Shown here: positions 37,960 through 48,628 of the stretch, piece by piece
How the letters are laid out: each line of letters begins with the position of its first letter
How positions within the stretch are numbered: position 1 is the first letter of the stretch
NCBI GenBank assembly: GCA_963793265.1
Contig: CAWBZI010000004.1
Coordinates: 128,001-192,000, forward strand
Source: an uncultured cyanobacterium
Lineage (GTDB): Bacteria > Cyanobacteriota > Cyanobacteriia > Phormidesmidales > Phormidesmidaceae
Direction of reading: 5' to 3'
Length of the DNA: 64,000 bases
Notes under the pieces: model-generated
Told to the model about the DNA's origin: nothing
The model's input: the letters and a program-made list of their open reading frames with translations, nothing else
Database searches by the model: none
Program-made: the position numbers and the translations under genes

Positions 37960-40092
37960 ATGCACCCTTCTTTGTCTACTGAGATAGACCCGCTCTGTGT
38001 CTTTCAAGCGCTTTGGCAAAATGAAATGGTGGGCTACGCTGTTTTAGAAGTGATAGAGACGCCGCCTGAAGACTTGCCGCCTGAAGGCTTGCCGCCTGAA
38101 GACTTGCCGCCTGAAGAATTTCGCTTTTTGAGCTTGAATGAGGCGATCGCGCATTCCGGCCTATTAAATGGCTCTTGCTCAATAGACCAACCGCTCTCTG
38201 CTGCGCTCTTACCACAAATTTCACAGCCGTTTTATCACTACTGTCATCAATGCCTCGAGACTCAAAAAACTGTTCAATTTGAAGTTTGTCTACCGGCATC
38301 ATCGGAGACGGCACTCTCAAGAGCAGTAACAAAGTGGTGGCAAATAAACGCTCATCCAATCGTTCGAGAGCGCCAGCTTGACTTAGATCCAGAATTAAAA
38401 TCTAAGCAGGTGGTTGATCAAATCGTCTTAACGGCTACAGATATCAGCGAGCATAAGCAGAGCCGCCTGCTGGCTATTATCGAATCAACACCAGATTTGG
38501 TCGGGATTGCAGACGCACAGGGCAACTGCGTTTATCTTAATAAGGCAGGTCGAGAGATTGTTGGATTCTCTGAGCACGAGGCAGTTAGATTTCAGATTGG
38601 TCAAACAATGCCGCCTGAGCAAAGAGAGACTTTTGCAACGACCGTTTTGCCACAGGCGATCGCCCAAGGAAGCTATTCTAGTGAGTCTATTTTATTGACT
38701 CGCACAGGCAAAGAACTGCCGGTTTCTCAGGTCTTTATGATACATAAAGATGAGTCGGGCGCGATTGCGTATATGTCTGTGATTATGAGAGATATTCGTG
38801 AGCTTAAGGCGGTTGAGGCGAGATTGCGCGATCGCGAACAGTTCTTAAGCAGCGTTTATGCCGGTGCAGATATTGCCATTTTTTCTTGGGACTTAGTAAG
38901 AGAACGACCCGGTAAGCTGAGATGCTCTGGCTGGAATCCAACCTGTGAAGCCTCTACAGGCTTAAGTGCCGACTTTGTTCTAGGTAAAGCCCCCTACGAA
39001 GTATTCGGCCCAGAGCAAGGGGCGATTATTGCGAAAAACAATCTTCAATGTGCCGCACAAAAACAATCAATGTGCTACGAGGAAGAAATTATTATCAACG
39101 ACTCTCCTACCTGGTGGGCAACTAAGCTAAATCCTATTCAAGATAGCGATGGGCAGATTTATCGCGTGGTTGGAACCACCACTAATATTACCGAACTCAA
39201 ACTGAATACTATCGAGCTTGAAGCGTACAGCCAGCGACAAACCCAGCAGACTGAAGAATTAACAACTGCGCTGTTACAGCTTAAGCGCACGCAGGCGCAG
39301 ATGATTCACAGCGAGAAAATGTCGAGCTTAGGTCAAATGGTCGCAGGCGTCGCCCACGAGATTAACAATCCAGTGAACTTTATTCACGCCAATATTAAGC
39401 CTGCTAGAACCTACGCTGCTGAGCTGATAGAACTCATCGAGAGCTACCAGCAAGCCTATCCTCAGCCTACGCCTGCACTAGCAGACCTGCTGGAGAACCT
39501 GGACTTTGAATTTATTAAAAAAGACTTTTTAGACCTGCTGGGCTCTATGAAAAGTGGCACTCAGCGAATCAGAGAAATTGTGCTCTCGCTGCGTAATTTT
39601 TCCAGGCTAGACGAGGCTGATATTAAAGCGGTTAATTTGCATGAAGGCATTGACAGTACGCTGGTAATTTTGGCCCATAAGCTTAAAGAAAATGCGACGC
39701 ATAGCATGGTTAAAATTGAAAAAGACTACCAGCCAATGCCGCTAGTGGAGTGCTACCCTAGCCAGCTCAATCAGGTGGTGATGAATATTGTGTCCAACTC
39801 GATTGACGCTTTGCAAGATGCGCGCGATCCGAAGATTACGATTTCAGTTTGTGCGCGTGATGACCAAGCATTCATTACCATTTCAGATAACGGAGCAGGA
39901 ATGCCTGAGTCTGTACGAGCCCGAATCTTTGATCCTTTTTTTACAACAAAGCCGGTTGGCCAGGGTACGGGTATGGGGCTTTCTATTTGCTATCAAATCG
40001 TGACGGAAAAACACGGTGGTAAACTTTTGGTGAATTCCGATCCAGAGCGAGGTACGCAGTTTATCATTCAGATTCCACTAAAGCAGTCCTGA
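37960..40092 (+). CDS. PAS-domain sensor histidine kinase
   Basis: PAS/PAC repeats; H-box [36 protein letters not shown]. Confidence 0.93.
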   Translation: MHPSLSTEIDPLCVFQALWQNEMVGYAVLEVIETPPEDLPPEGLPPEDLPPEEFRFLSLNEAIAHSGLLNGSCSIDQPLSAALLPQISQPFYHYCHQCLETQKTVQFEVCLPASSETALSRAVTKWWQINAHPIVRERQLDLDPELKSKQVVDQIVLTATDISEHKQSRLLAIIESTPDLVGIADAQGNCVYLNKAGREIVGFSEHEAVRFQIGQTMPPEQRETFATTVLPQAIAQGSYSSESILLTRTGKELPVSQVFMIHKDESGAIAYMSVIMRDIRELKAVEARLRDREQFLSSVYAGADIAIFSWDLVRERPGKLRCSGWNPTCEASTGLSADFVLGKAPYEVFGPEQGAIIAKNNLQCAAQKQSMCYEEEIIINDSPTWWATKLNPIQDSDGQIYRVVGTTTNITELKLNTIELEAYSQRQTQQTEELTTALLQLKRTQAQMIHSEKMSSLGQMVAGVAHEINNPVNFIHANIKPARTYAAELIELIESYQQAYPQPTPALADLLENLDFEFIKKDFLDLLGSMKSGTQRIREIVLSLRNFSRLDEADIKAVNLHEGIDSTLVILAHKLKENATHSMVKIEKDYQPMPLVECYPSQLNQVVMNIVSNSIDALQDARDPKITISVCARDDQAFITISDNGAGMPESVRARIFDPFFTTKPVGQGTGMGLSICYQIVTEKHGGKLLVNSDPERGTQFIIQIPLKQS
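38061..38117 (+). repeat. In-frame 15-bp tandem repeat ([10 protein letters not shown])
   Basis: GCCGCCTGAAG(A/G)CTT x3 plus a partial copy. Confidence 0.85.
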
Positions 40093-40192
40093 CGATACGC
40101 GATGGCACTTTAAATGACATTTTAGTACGGCTGCTTTTGGGTTTGCTCATCTGGTTTGTCTGCACGGGAAATTTCCCTGTATTATCGGTCTT

Positions 40193-41110
40193 ATGGCGGA
40201 GATTAATGTCAATCGAATTAAGCTGTCTCAGCTGCGGGCGCTAGTGGCGATCGCACGCACGGGCACATTCAGCGATGCGGCGGCAAAGCTAGAGCTTTCG
40301 CAGTCGGCAGTCAGTCATGCGATCGCAACGCTCGAAGATGAACTGGGCGTGAGCCTGCTGAGCCGAGGCCGTCAGGGCGCGGTGCTGACGCCGGTAGGGC
40401 AAGAGATTACCGCTGAAGCGACGAAGATGCTTTCTTTGCTTAAGGTAATTGGGCGTAGGGCTCAAGATGCCAAGGGTTTGCAGGCCGGGCTGGTGCGCGT
40501 GGTCGGCTTTCGCAGCGTTGCGACACACGTGCTGCCAGTGGTGATTGAGGAGTTTCGTAAACAGTATCCGGGGATTAGCGTTTCGATTGGCGAGGGCAAT
40601 GATGTCCGGGGGGCCGAGGAGATTTTGCGCCGGGGCGAGGCGGATGTGGGCTTTACCTATTTGCCAGTGAACGATGCGTTTGATGCGTGGGAGCTGTTTC
40701 GTGACGACTATGTGGCGCTGCTGCCTAAAGACAAAGCGCCTGAGGGCGAGGGGCCTTTGACGTGGGATGAGCTGATGGCGCTGCCGCTGATTTTGCCACT
40801 GCCGGACGATGGCTGTCGGTATAATGTGGATCAGTATTTGATGAAGCATGACCGGGCGATCGCACCTGCCTATGAAGTCAAAGAAGACTCCACGGTGGTG
40901 AGCATGGTGCGCCGGGGGTTGGGCGCGACAATTATTGCCCAGCTCGCTGCCGAACCGATTCCTGATGATGTGGTGGTGCGATCGCTGCCCGAGCCTTTGC
41001 AGCGAGTGATCGGAGTGATCACACTGGCCGACGCCCTGCAAACGCCGCCCGTGTTTGCCTTTTTAGATACGCTCAAAGAGACATGGAAGCAGAAACCTGC
41101 GATTATCTAA
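40193..41110 (+). CDS. LysR-family transcriptional regulator
   Basis: HTH FSDAAAKLELSQSAVSHAIATLEDELGVSLLSR..LTPVG. Confidence 0.95.
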   Translation: MAEINVNRIKLSQLRALVAIARTGTFSDAAAKLELSQSAVSHAIATLEDELGVSLLSRGRQGAVLTPVGQEITAEATKMLSLLKVIGRRAQDAKGLQAGLVRVVGFRSVATHVLPVVIEEFRKQYPGISVSIGEGNDVRGAEEILRRGEADVGFTYLPVNDAFDAWELFRDDYVALLPKDKAPEGEGPLTWDELMALPLILPLPDDGCRYNVDQYLMKHDRAIAPAYEVKEDSTVVSMVRRGLGATIIAQLAAEPIPDDVVVRSLPEPLQRVIGVITLADALQTPPVFAFLDTLKETWKQKPAII

Positions 41111-41144
41111 TACTGGTAAGACGTTGATTTTTGAAGGAACCCCC

Positions 41145-41798
41145 ATGCCCGAAAACATTCCTAGTTCTTCACAACTGGTTGACTATTGGGATAGCATTGC
41201 TTCGCTCAAGAAGTTTCGCCACCCTTTGCCGCCTGCTGTGGTTGACAAGTATTTTCCCAAAGGGGCAAAGGTGCTCGATATCGGCTGTGGCTATGGACGG
41301 CTAGTAGAGCGGCTGTTGGCGCAAGGCTTTTCGGTTGCTGGCACCGATACGTCTACAGCAATGCTAAAAGAAGCGCGTAAAAATGCGCCGGAAGCTGAGT
41401 TTCAAGAGTGTCGGAGCGACTTACCTTGGGATGATAAAACCTATGATGTTGTTCTTTTAGTAACGCTGCTAACTTCTGTTCCTTTTGACCTGGAGCAACG
41501 GCAGATTATGAGTGAAGTCAGGCGGGTGCTAAAGCCAGGCGGCCATGTGTTTGTAAGCGACTTGCCCTTGCAGTGGTCGGCGCAATATTTAGAAAGATAT
41601 CGCGACGGGCAAAAGCGCTATGGCCAGTACGGCGTATTCGACCTGGCTGACGGCGGCACGGTGCGCCATCACGAGCAGGGCTACTTTATGCAGCTTATGA
41701 ATGGGTTTGACCATTTGGAGATGGAAACTCATGACGTTGAAACCATGAACGGTAATCAGGCGCAGGCTGTGCGCTATGTCGGGCGGCTACCGGTTTAA
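41145..41798 (+). CDS. Class I SAM-dependent methyltransferase
   Basis: VLDIGCGYG, RVLKPGG; GAAGGA before ATG at 41145. Confidence 0.88.
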   Translation: MPENIPSSSQLVDYWDSIASLKKFRHPLPPAVVDKYFPKGAKVLDIGCGYGRLVERLLAQGFSVAGTDTSTAMLKEARKNAPEAEFQECRSDLPWDDKTYDVVLLVTLLTSVPFDLEQRQIMSEVRRVLKPGGHVFVSDLPLQWSAQYLERYRDGQKRYGQYGVFDLADGGTVRHHEQGYFMQLMNGFDHLEMETHDVETMNGNQAQAVRYVGRLPV

Positions 41799-42791
41799 AT
41801 TTGATCGGCTTACGGCTGCTGTTGGGCTACAGGCCACCAGTCCTTTGCCTTCTCTTTTAGCACTGTATAGCGCGGTGTCGGCGCGTTTCATCAGGCTATG
41901 AGTACTTTCATCAGGGCGGAGCTGAGCGACGCCGCTGCTGGTTGTTACATTAAAGTCAGCTAAAACCTGACAGCCTTGAACCACACTGGTGACGCGCTCA
42001 GCAAAAGAAAGTCCAGCGTCTAGATCTGCGTTCGACATAATCACACTGAATTCATCACCCCCGAGTCTTCCGGCCAGATCTTCTTTGCGTATTTCAGTGG
42101 CTAATATTGCCCCGAATGCGCGCAGCACATCATCTCCAGCATCGTGACCAGCGGTGTCGTTTACCGGCTTTAATCCATCGAGATCGAAGCTGACAACGGT
42201 CAGTGGCGTATTGTGGCGACGTGCCGCTGAGGTAGAACGATCTAGGGCCTCATAAAAGTGATGGCGCGAGGCCAGCGCTGTGAGGCTATCGGTGGCGGCG
42301 ATGCGAGAAATGGTTGCGTAGGCTTCTTGAAGGGCGGCGGCTTCTTCTGTGAGCTTTTGGTTGAGCGCAACGAGTTCTTGTTCCCGGCGGCGCAGTTCAG
42401 CTTCGGTGTGCTTGCGATAGGTCACGTCTTGAACAATACCGCACCAGGTTGCTAGTTCTCCGGGATCGCTAGACAGGGGCCGAGACGTGATATGAATCCA
42501 TTTGAGCGCTCCCGATTTCGTAATAATACGGCAGTCTTCACTAAACAATGTGCCTGCGCTATTAGCGATCCGGTCGGCTTCGCAGAGCGCTTCAATATCG
42601 TCGGGATGCACCATTTGCCAAAACAGCATGGAGTTACCCATTAAGTCAGCTTCTTTTAGCTCTAGCACCTCTTCTGAACCTGGCCCAACATAGAGATATT
42701 GATTGCTACCGTCAGGACGCAGTACATACTGATACAGTACGCCTGGAATCGTCGCGGAGAAAACTTCAAAGTTGCTCTGTGGGAGGCTCAT
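41787..42791 (-). CDS. PAS-GGDEF diguanylate cyclase
   Basis: VHPDD PAS/PAC; TDSLT; I-site RKED; GRLGGDEF. Confidence 0.92.
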   Translation of the reverse strand: MSLPQSNFEVFSATIPGVLYQYVLRPDGSNQYLYVGPGSEEVLELKEADLMGNSMLFWQMVHPDDIEALCEADRIANSAGTLFSEDCRIITKSGALKWIHITSRPLSSDPGELATWCGIVQDVTYRKHTEAELRRREQELVALNQKLTEEAAALQEAYATISRIAATDSLTALASRHHFYEALDRSTSAARRHNTPLTVVSFDLDGLKPVNDTAGHDAGDDVLRAFGAILATEIRKEDLAGRLGGDEFSVIMSNADLDAGLSFAERVTSVVQGCQVLADFNVTTSSGVAQLRPDESTHSLMKRADTALYSAKREGKGLVACSPTAAVSRSNLNR

Positions 42792-43045
42792 GCGATCTGC
42801 TTACGGCATATTGACTAAATTGTATAGTTGCTATTGTTTGCCATGGTGGTACCGTCTGTCCAACATCTGTGACTAACTCGTTCAATTCAGGTGTGCTGAA
42901 CGCGTCGTTTTTACAAAGCTTCTACTAAAGCGCAGATTGATGGGTCTTGTGACATTTGGGTGTGCGATCGCTAACATCTTGCTTCATCGGCACACTGTTA
43001 TTTTCATTCTTTAAAGAGATTGTTAAGGTTTGACCAATCGGTCTT

Positions 43046-44746
43046 GTGATCGTTGAGAAGCCCCGAAAAATGAGCCCGATGACTATGTTTTATAGCTTGC
43101 TAAAGCGACCCAAAATAGCCCGCTGGGTTTGGATAGCCGCTTTAATTTCAGTTTGTCTACTTTGGTATGCCAGTTCAGATGCCGTCGCGGCAACTTTGCC
43201 TACCTCGCTATCTGAAAAAGCCGATATTGTTATCGATGGCCGTCCTATTTTTCAGGTCGAGAATTCTGGTTTGTTTAGCGCCCAGCAGCGGGCGATGCAG
43301 ACGAATCAGCAGCTTGCAATGCTGGCTCAAAAGCAAGAAGATCCTCAAGTGAGAGTGGCTCTCCACAATCAGCAGCCGATTATTTTGGCCGGTGAGCACT
43401 ATTTATTAACGGTGACGCACCCAGATGCGAAGCTCAACGACGATCCTTCGGTGCTAGCTCAGGTGTGGGCAGGCCAGTTGGAGCGATCGCTACAGAGCGC
43501 TAAGCTAGAGCGATCGCCTGGCCATATCAGAGAGATGGTGCTGTTGAGCGGGCTAACTTTGCTGATGGCGATCGCGCTTCACATCAGCCTGGGCTACCTC
43601 TGGCGGCGAGTGCCACAGTATGCGCTTGGAGAGGCTGTCTCTGATGCTGGAGCCGCTAGCGGACAGGATTTTTATCGCTCTGTCAGCCTTAAGCTGTTGC
43701 TAGCGAGGCTAGGGCTTTGGACGGTTGCACTGAGCCACATTTCATCACTTTTTCCAACCTTAAGACAGCGGCGCTACAGCCTTTTCAACAACGTGATGAC
43801 GGGCATTCACTCGCCTGTTTTCAGCTTGGGCGGCAGACCTTACACATTAGTAGATGTTTTCATTTTGCTGGGGCTCATGGTGGGCCTGTTCACTTTAGTA
43901 AGGCTCTCTACCAGGCTGCTGTCTACGCATGTGCTCAGGCGAACGCCGCTGGCGAGAGGTTCAAGAGAAGTGATTACTCAATCGTTTCGCTACGGTGCGT
44001 TTTCGCTGGGTATGCTCGTATTGCTTAAGGTTTGGGGCATCGACCTGCGCTCTGTTGCGCTTTTAGGCAGTGCTCTGGGGATCGGCATTGGATTTGGCCT
44101 GCAAGATATTGCCAAGAATTTTGGTAGCGGGCTGGTGCTGCTGTTTGAGCGGTCTGTGCAGGTAGGAGACTTTATTGAAGTCGATGCGCATACGGGCGTT
44201 GTTGAGCGCATTGGCGCTCGCAGCATTACTTTAAGAACGCTGGATAATATTTCTGTGCTGGTGCCTAACGCTCACCTGCTGGATTCACAGGTGGTTAATT
44301 GGAATCACGATCATCCGGTGTCTCGGCTACATCTGACGATTGGTACGGCCTATGAGGCTGATTCTAAGCTGGTAAAGTCGCTGCTGTTAGAGGCAGCGCA
44401 TGACCATAGAGAAGTGCTGTCAGTGCCGCCTCCCGATGTGTTTTTGAAAAACTTTGGCGATAGTTCAATAGAGTTTGACCTGATGGTATGGATTCGTAAC
44501 CCCGAGCGCCACGCTGCGATTCGCAGTGCGCTCAACTTTCGGATAGAAGAGATTTTGAACTATCACGAAATTTCAATTCCGTTTCCTCAGCGCGACGTGA
44601 ATTTGCGCACGGGTCAGGTACCGATAGAATTTTCACCGGATGTCAAGGCGGCTTTGCTCAAAGCGTTTGGCGCGACTGAAGACTCGGCTGCTACGAAATC
44701 AGACAAGATTAGGCAGAACAGATACAAAGTATCGTCTCGCCCATAG
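43046..44746 (+). CDS. MscS-family mechanosensitive channel with N-terminal periplasmic domain
   Basis: GIGIGFGLQDIAKNFGSGL, QVGDFIE, VPNAHL, FGDSSIEF, IPFPQRDV. Confidence 0.92.
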   Translation: MIVEKPRKMSPMTMFYSLLKRPKIARWVWIAALISVCLLWYASSDAVAATLPTSLSEKADIVIDGRPIFQVENSGLFSAQQRAMQTNQQLAMLAQKQEDPQVRVALHNQQPIILAGEHYLLTVTHPDAKLNDDPSVLAQVWAGQLERSLQSAKLERSPGHIREMVLLSGLTLLMAIALHISLGYLWRRVPQYALGEAVSDAGAASGQDFYRSVSLKLLLARLGLWTVALSHISSLFPTLRQRRYSLFNNVMTGIHSPVFSLGGRPYTLVDVFILLGLMVGLFTLVRLSTRLLSTHVLRRTPLARGSREVITQSFRYGAFSLGMLVLLKVWGIDLRSVALLGSALGIGIGFGLQDIAKNFGSGLVLLFERSVQVGDFIEVDAHTGVVERIGARSITLRTLDNISVLVPNAHLLDSQVVNWNHDHPVSRLHLTIGTAYEADSKLVKSLLLEAAHDHREVLSVPPPDVFLKNFGDSSIEFDLMVWIRNPERHAAIRSALNFRIEEILNYHEISIPFPQRDVNLRTGQVPIEFSPDVKAALLKAFGATEDSAATKSDKIRQNRYKVSSRP

Positions 44747-44769
44747 TTATTGTTGCTTGCGTTCTAGCG

Positions 44770-44956
44770 AGCGGAACCTCTAGCTATCGATACTGAGCGG
44801 AATTAGCCTATCATTGTTGATCAGTGACCATAGAACTGAACAGACAGGTCGCTTAAGTGCTCGAATAGCTGATTGGCTTTTTCAATAAGCGAGATCGTCA
44901 ATGAATTGTTTGACAACAATATTGGCGTCGATGACGCATTTAAAGGTCGAGGTCAT
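44770..44956 (-). pseudogene. Decayed VapC (PIN) toxin
   Basis: ATGA-coupled to the antitoxin stop; MTSTFKCVIDANIVVKQFIDD, then a frameshift to LIEKANQLFEHL..; far too short for a PIN domain. Confidence 0.7.
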
Positions 44957-45216
44957 CGATCTCTATCTTCTCTGATTAGAAGCGTGCTATCAGGTAGGCC
45001 AGAATCTGCTGGGTTCTTCCGGGGAAAGTTTCTGATCTTGGCTAACGCCTCCTTTGTCCTCTCTAATTCTGTGAGTTGTTGAACGGGCTCAGCGCTGCTA
45101 GCCCAAGCAAGCATCTGAATCACAGCATCGTTTAGGCTAACGTTCTTAGTTTCAGCTAGCTTTTGAATTGATTGATAGAGAGGCTCGGGTAGATTTTGTA
45201 TTTGTAAATTAGCCAT
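44953..45216 (-). CDS. FitA/VapB-like ribbon-helix-helix antitoxin
   Basis: MANLQIQNLPEPLY..A....SLN..V and C-terminal DSTLLIREDRDR. Confidence 0.8.
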   Translation of the reverse strand: MANLQIQNLPEPLYQSIQKLAETKNVSLNDAVIQMLAWASSAEPVQQLTELERTKEALAKIRNFPRKNPADSGLPDSTLLIREDRDR

Positions 45217-45224
45217 CGTATTTT

Positions 45225-46259
45225 CTACAATCTGTTGTTTGATATCTCAGTTCGTGGATCTGTTGATCGGCTATCGCGGATTTGTTCGTAAAGAGACTTT
45301 TCTTTGTCGCTGATGTTCTTGGGCGGTGTAATCACAACTTTAACAAGCTGATCGCCGCGAGCTGTTCCTTTTTTGCTCGGCCAGCCCTTGCCACGTAGCC
45401 TCAAAGATTGACCAGACTTTACACCTGCTGGAATGCTTACCGTAACGCTCCCGTCCGGCGTGGGCACGTCAACTTTTGCGCCCAGCACAGCTTCATCGGG
45501 CGCGATGGGTACTTCGCACACCAAGTTATCGCCATCGAGTTCAAAGAATCCGTGGGATAGAAGTTCGACGGTGAGGTACACATCGCCGCGCTGTTTGGTT
45601 TGTGGATTGGTTGCGCCTTTTCCTTTAATCCGAATTTTGCTACCTGGCTTTACGCCTGCCGGAATGCGGACTTTTACAGACTCGCTGCCGATGGTGAAAC
45701 GCTTTTCGGTGCCGCGAAAGGCTTCAGACAGGCTGAGCTTGAGGTCTGCTTCTTGGTCAAAAGCCGTGCGGCCCGAAGCCGATCTACTGCTGGTGCGGCT
45801 GTTTGATCCAGCGGCAGCGCGGGGGTCAAAGCCGAAGCCGCCAGGGCCACCGGGGCTCTGCTGATAGCTATACGTTTGGCGTCGGCCACCGCCGCTAGCA
45901 CTGCGACCCATGAGTTCGTTAATGAAGTCTTCAAAGCTACCGTATGAGCCAAAGTCGAAGCCGCCGACACCGCCGGGGCCACCGAAGCCGCCCGGTGCAC
46001 CACCGCCCGCGCCAGCCCGATCTGCCTGCTGCCAGTATTGGCCGTATTGGTCATACTTTTGGCGCTTGTCCGCATCAGAAAGGACTTCGTAGGCTTCGCT
46101 GACCTCCTTGAACTTCGCTTCAGCTTTCTTGTTGTTGGGGTTTACATCTGGGTGATACTTTCGCGCTAGCTTGCGAAATGATTTTTTGATGTCGCTGGCA
46201 TCGGCTGTTTTGCTAACCCCTAAAATTGCGTAGTAGTCTTTGAAGTCAGTCGCAGCCAT
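45225..46259 (-). CDS. DnaJ-class co-chaperone lacking the zinc finger (CbpA-like)
   Basis: J domain with HPD, G/F-rich linker, DnaJ C-terminal domain. Confidence 0.93.
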   Translation of the reverse strand: MAATDFKDYYAILGVSKTADASDIKKSFRKLARKYHPDVNPNNKKAEAKFKEVSEAYEVLSDADKRQKYDQYGQYWQQADRAGAGGGAPGGFGGPGGVGGFDFGSYGSFEDFINELMGRSASGGGRRQTYSYQQSPGGPGGFGFDPRAAAGSNSRTSSRSASGRTAFDQEADLKLSLSEAFRGTEKRFTIGSESVKVRIPAGVKPGSKIRIKGKGATNPQTKQRGDVYLTVELLSHGFFELDGDNLVCEVPIAPDEAVLGAKVDVPTPDGSVTVSIPAGVKSGQSLRLRGKGWPSKKGTARGDQLVKVVITPPKNISDKEKSLYEQIRDSRSTDPRTEISNNRL

Positions 46260-46395
46260 GCTTAGCCTCCCTCCTCATAATGTTTTTTACTGTTTCGCTA
46301 GCACTAGATTTCAGCGTAGCAAAGCGCGCCTGGCTAGGAGGTTCGGTTGAGGGGTTCGGTTAGCCGGTTTCTGATGGGCGGATCGATTGGGTGTC

Positions 46396-47904
46396 CTACT
46401 GGGCGTCTCTGGCTCGTCCGTATAGCTCAGTCATTTGTCTGAGATGTTCGCAGAGGGTGGGGGTGAGCATGGCTTCTGCGTAGCGCCAGCCCCAGTTGCC
46501 TTCGCCGACGCCGGGTGTGTTCATGCGGGCCTGGGAGCCTAAGCCGAGTAGATCTTGTAGGGGAGTGACGGCCTGGTTGGCGGTAGAACTCATGGCGAGG
46601 CGAATCATTGACCAGTGAACGTTGTCAGGATTGAATGCGCCGACATAGGCAGCGAGGCGCTGCTTTTCGTAGTCTGTGCCCTGGTTAAACCAGCCGACGG
46701 TGGTGTCGTTGTCGTGGGTGCCGGTGTAGACGACGAAGTTGGGGGCGATGTTGAAGGGGAGATAGGGGTTTTTGTGGTCGCCGCCGAAGGCAAACTGAAG
46801 AATTTTCATGCCGGGGAAGTCGAACTTATCGCGGAGGGTTTCGACAGCTTCGTCAATTTCTCCTAAGTCTTCGGCTAGAAAGGGAAGCTGGCCTAGTTTT
46901 TCTTCGACTGTCTCGAAGAAGGCGACGCCGGGGGCTTCGATCCATTCGCCGTTGATGGCGGTTTCGTGGCCTGCGGGGATGGCCCAGTAGGCGGCAAAGG
47001 CTCTGAAGTGGTCAATGCGGATGATGTCTACTTGCTCTAGTAGGGCCTGAAGGCGCTGTATCCACCAGCTAAAGCCGCTGGCCTGGACGACTTCCCAGTT
47101 GTAGGTGGGGTTGCCCCAAAGCTGGCCGGTGCTGCTGAAGTAGTCAGGTGGGACGCCTGCCATTTGGGAGGGCTCTAGGGTTTCAGGGTCAAGCATGAAG
47201 TTTTCGGGGCGAGCCCATACGTCGGCGCTGTCGTGGGCGACGTAGATGGGCATGTCTCCGACGATTTTGATGCCGCGCTCGTTGGCGTAGCCTTTGACGG
47301 CTGACCACTGCCGGTAAAACTCGAACTGCATGTATTCATGGAAGAAGATTTCGGCGGCGAGATCTACTCTGGCCTGGTTGAGCGCGAAGGCGTCGCGTTT
47401 GGCGATCGCACTATCCCACTGCGACCAGGGCACCCCGCCATTGGCATCCTTAAGCGCCATGAATAGCCCGTAGTCTTCTAGCCACTCGCGGCAGACTCTG
47501 CGGAAGTTATCAAAGGCTTTGCGATCGCCCTCATTTGCCGTCTCCTTAAACCGCCCTGCTGCCTTGCGCAATAGCGATAGCTTAAACTCATACACCGCAT
47601 CGTAATCGACGGTTTGAGCAGAGAACCCTTGACCTAAGGTAAAGTCGTCTGCGTCTAGCAGTCCTTGGGCCTGAAGCGTCTCCAGGCTGATGAGTAAGGG
47701 ATTGCCTGCCATGGCAGAATAGGCCATGTAGGGCGAGTTACCGTGGCCGGTGGGGCCGAGCGGTAAAATCTGCCAGAGTGACTGCTGAGAGTCTTCTAAA
47801 AATTCTACAAATCGGTAAGCGTGAGCACCTAAGTCGCCAATGCCGAAGCGGCCCGGTAGCGAGGTGGGATGTAGCAAAATGCCGCTGGCTCTAGGAAAAG
47901 ACAT
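46396..47904 (-). CDS. malQ: 4-alpha-glucanotransferase (amylomaltase)
   Basis: GILLHPTSLPG, AGVPPDYFS, RIDHFR, AEDLG, YTGTHDNDT; ATG at 47904. Confidence 0.96.
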   Translation of the reverse strand: MSFPRASGILLHPTSLPGRFGIGDLGAHAYRFVEFLEDSQQSLWQILPLGPTGHGNSPYMAYSAMAGNPLLISLETLQAQGLLDADDFTLGQGFSAQTVDYDAVYEFKLSLLRKAAGRFKETANEGDRKAFDNFRRVCREWLEDYGLFMALKDANGGVPWSQWDSAIAKRDAFALNQARVDLAAEIFFHEYMQFEFYRQWSAVKGYANERGIKIVGDMPIYVAHDSADVWARPENFMLDPETLEPSQMAGVPPDYFSSTGQLWGNPTYNWEVVQASGFSWWIQRLQALLEQVDIIRIDHFRAFAAYWAIPAGHETAINGEWIEAPGVAFFETVEEKLGQLPFLAEDLGEIDEAVETLRDKFDFPGMKILQFAFGGDHKNPYLPFNIAPNFVVYTGTHDNDTTVGWFNQGTDYEKQRLAAYVGAFNPDNVHWSMIRLAMSSTANQAVTPLQDLLGLGSQARMNTPGVGEGNWGWRYAEAMLTPTLCEHLRQMTELYGRARDAQ

Positions 47905-48039
47905 AAATACTTCTATGGCGCTTTTGATTGCAATGCCAAGCACTCTATCACGGGCAAGCGAGCCCTAAACTCTGCTTTTTGAGAGAACAGTGGGAGAATG
48001 TCAAAACTTGAACATGCTTCATGCAAGGTTGGCATTGTT

Positions 48040-48480
48040 ATGGCTTCGCAAGACACCCCCAGAAATCCTGCGCCGACGGTGGATTTGATTATTGAAATGG
48101 TAGATCGGCCCCATCGGCCTATTGTGCTGATTGAGCGGCTAAATGTGCCCTATGGATGGGCGCTGCCAGGCGGCTTTGTAGACTATGGTGAGTCGGTGGA
48201 GACGGCGGCGGTGAGGGAGGCCCAAGAAGAGACAAGTTTGGCGGTGAGGCTGATAGAGCAGTTCTATGTGTATTCTGATCCGGCTAGAGACGAGCGGCAG
48301 CACACGCTGAGCATTGTTTTTATTGCGACGGCAACGGGCGAGGCAGCGGCACAAGATGACGCCAAAAGCTTAGAAATTTTGAACCCCTGGGAAATGCCTG
48401 AGGTGCTGTGCTTTGATCATGACAAAATTTTGCAGGACTACTGGCGCTATCGCCAGTACGGGCATCGACCGACGCTCTAG
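48040..48480 (+). CDS. NUDIX hydrolase
   Basis: Nudix box [24 protein letters not shown]; upstream ATG at 47998 also possible. Confidence 0.93.
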   Translation: MASQDTPRNPAPTVDLIIEMVDRPHRPIVLIERLNVPYGWALPGGFVDYGESVETAAVREAQEETSLAVRLIEQFYVYSDPARDERQHTLSIVFIATATGEAAAQDDAKSLEILNPWEMPEVLCFDHDKILQDYWRYRQYGHRPTL

Positions 48481-48628
48481 GCAACCACTCAGGGGATGAT
48501 CGGCAAAAGTTGAAGCCGTACTCATACTTATCAAAGACGCCTGTGTAAACATAATGTAGTAGGCGTACTTAGAATCGCAATCGAAACTACATTGATGCTT
48601 TTTATGAAGTCGGGCTGCACCCTTTTTT

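Noticed and set aside
40289..41041. Long antisense ORFs (250 aa here; also 12934..13572, 26780..27238, 45433..45864 and others)
   Set aside because: Shadows of well-supported genes on the opposite strand, with no recognisable motifs
48481..48628. Riboswitch (TPP or cobalamin) or NtcA box upstream of the kinase-ABC operon
   Set aside because: No riboswitch consensus recognised; GTA..TAC spacing is 7 rather than 8; only a short AATGTAGT/ACTACATT inverted repeat is present
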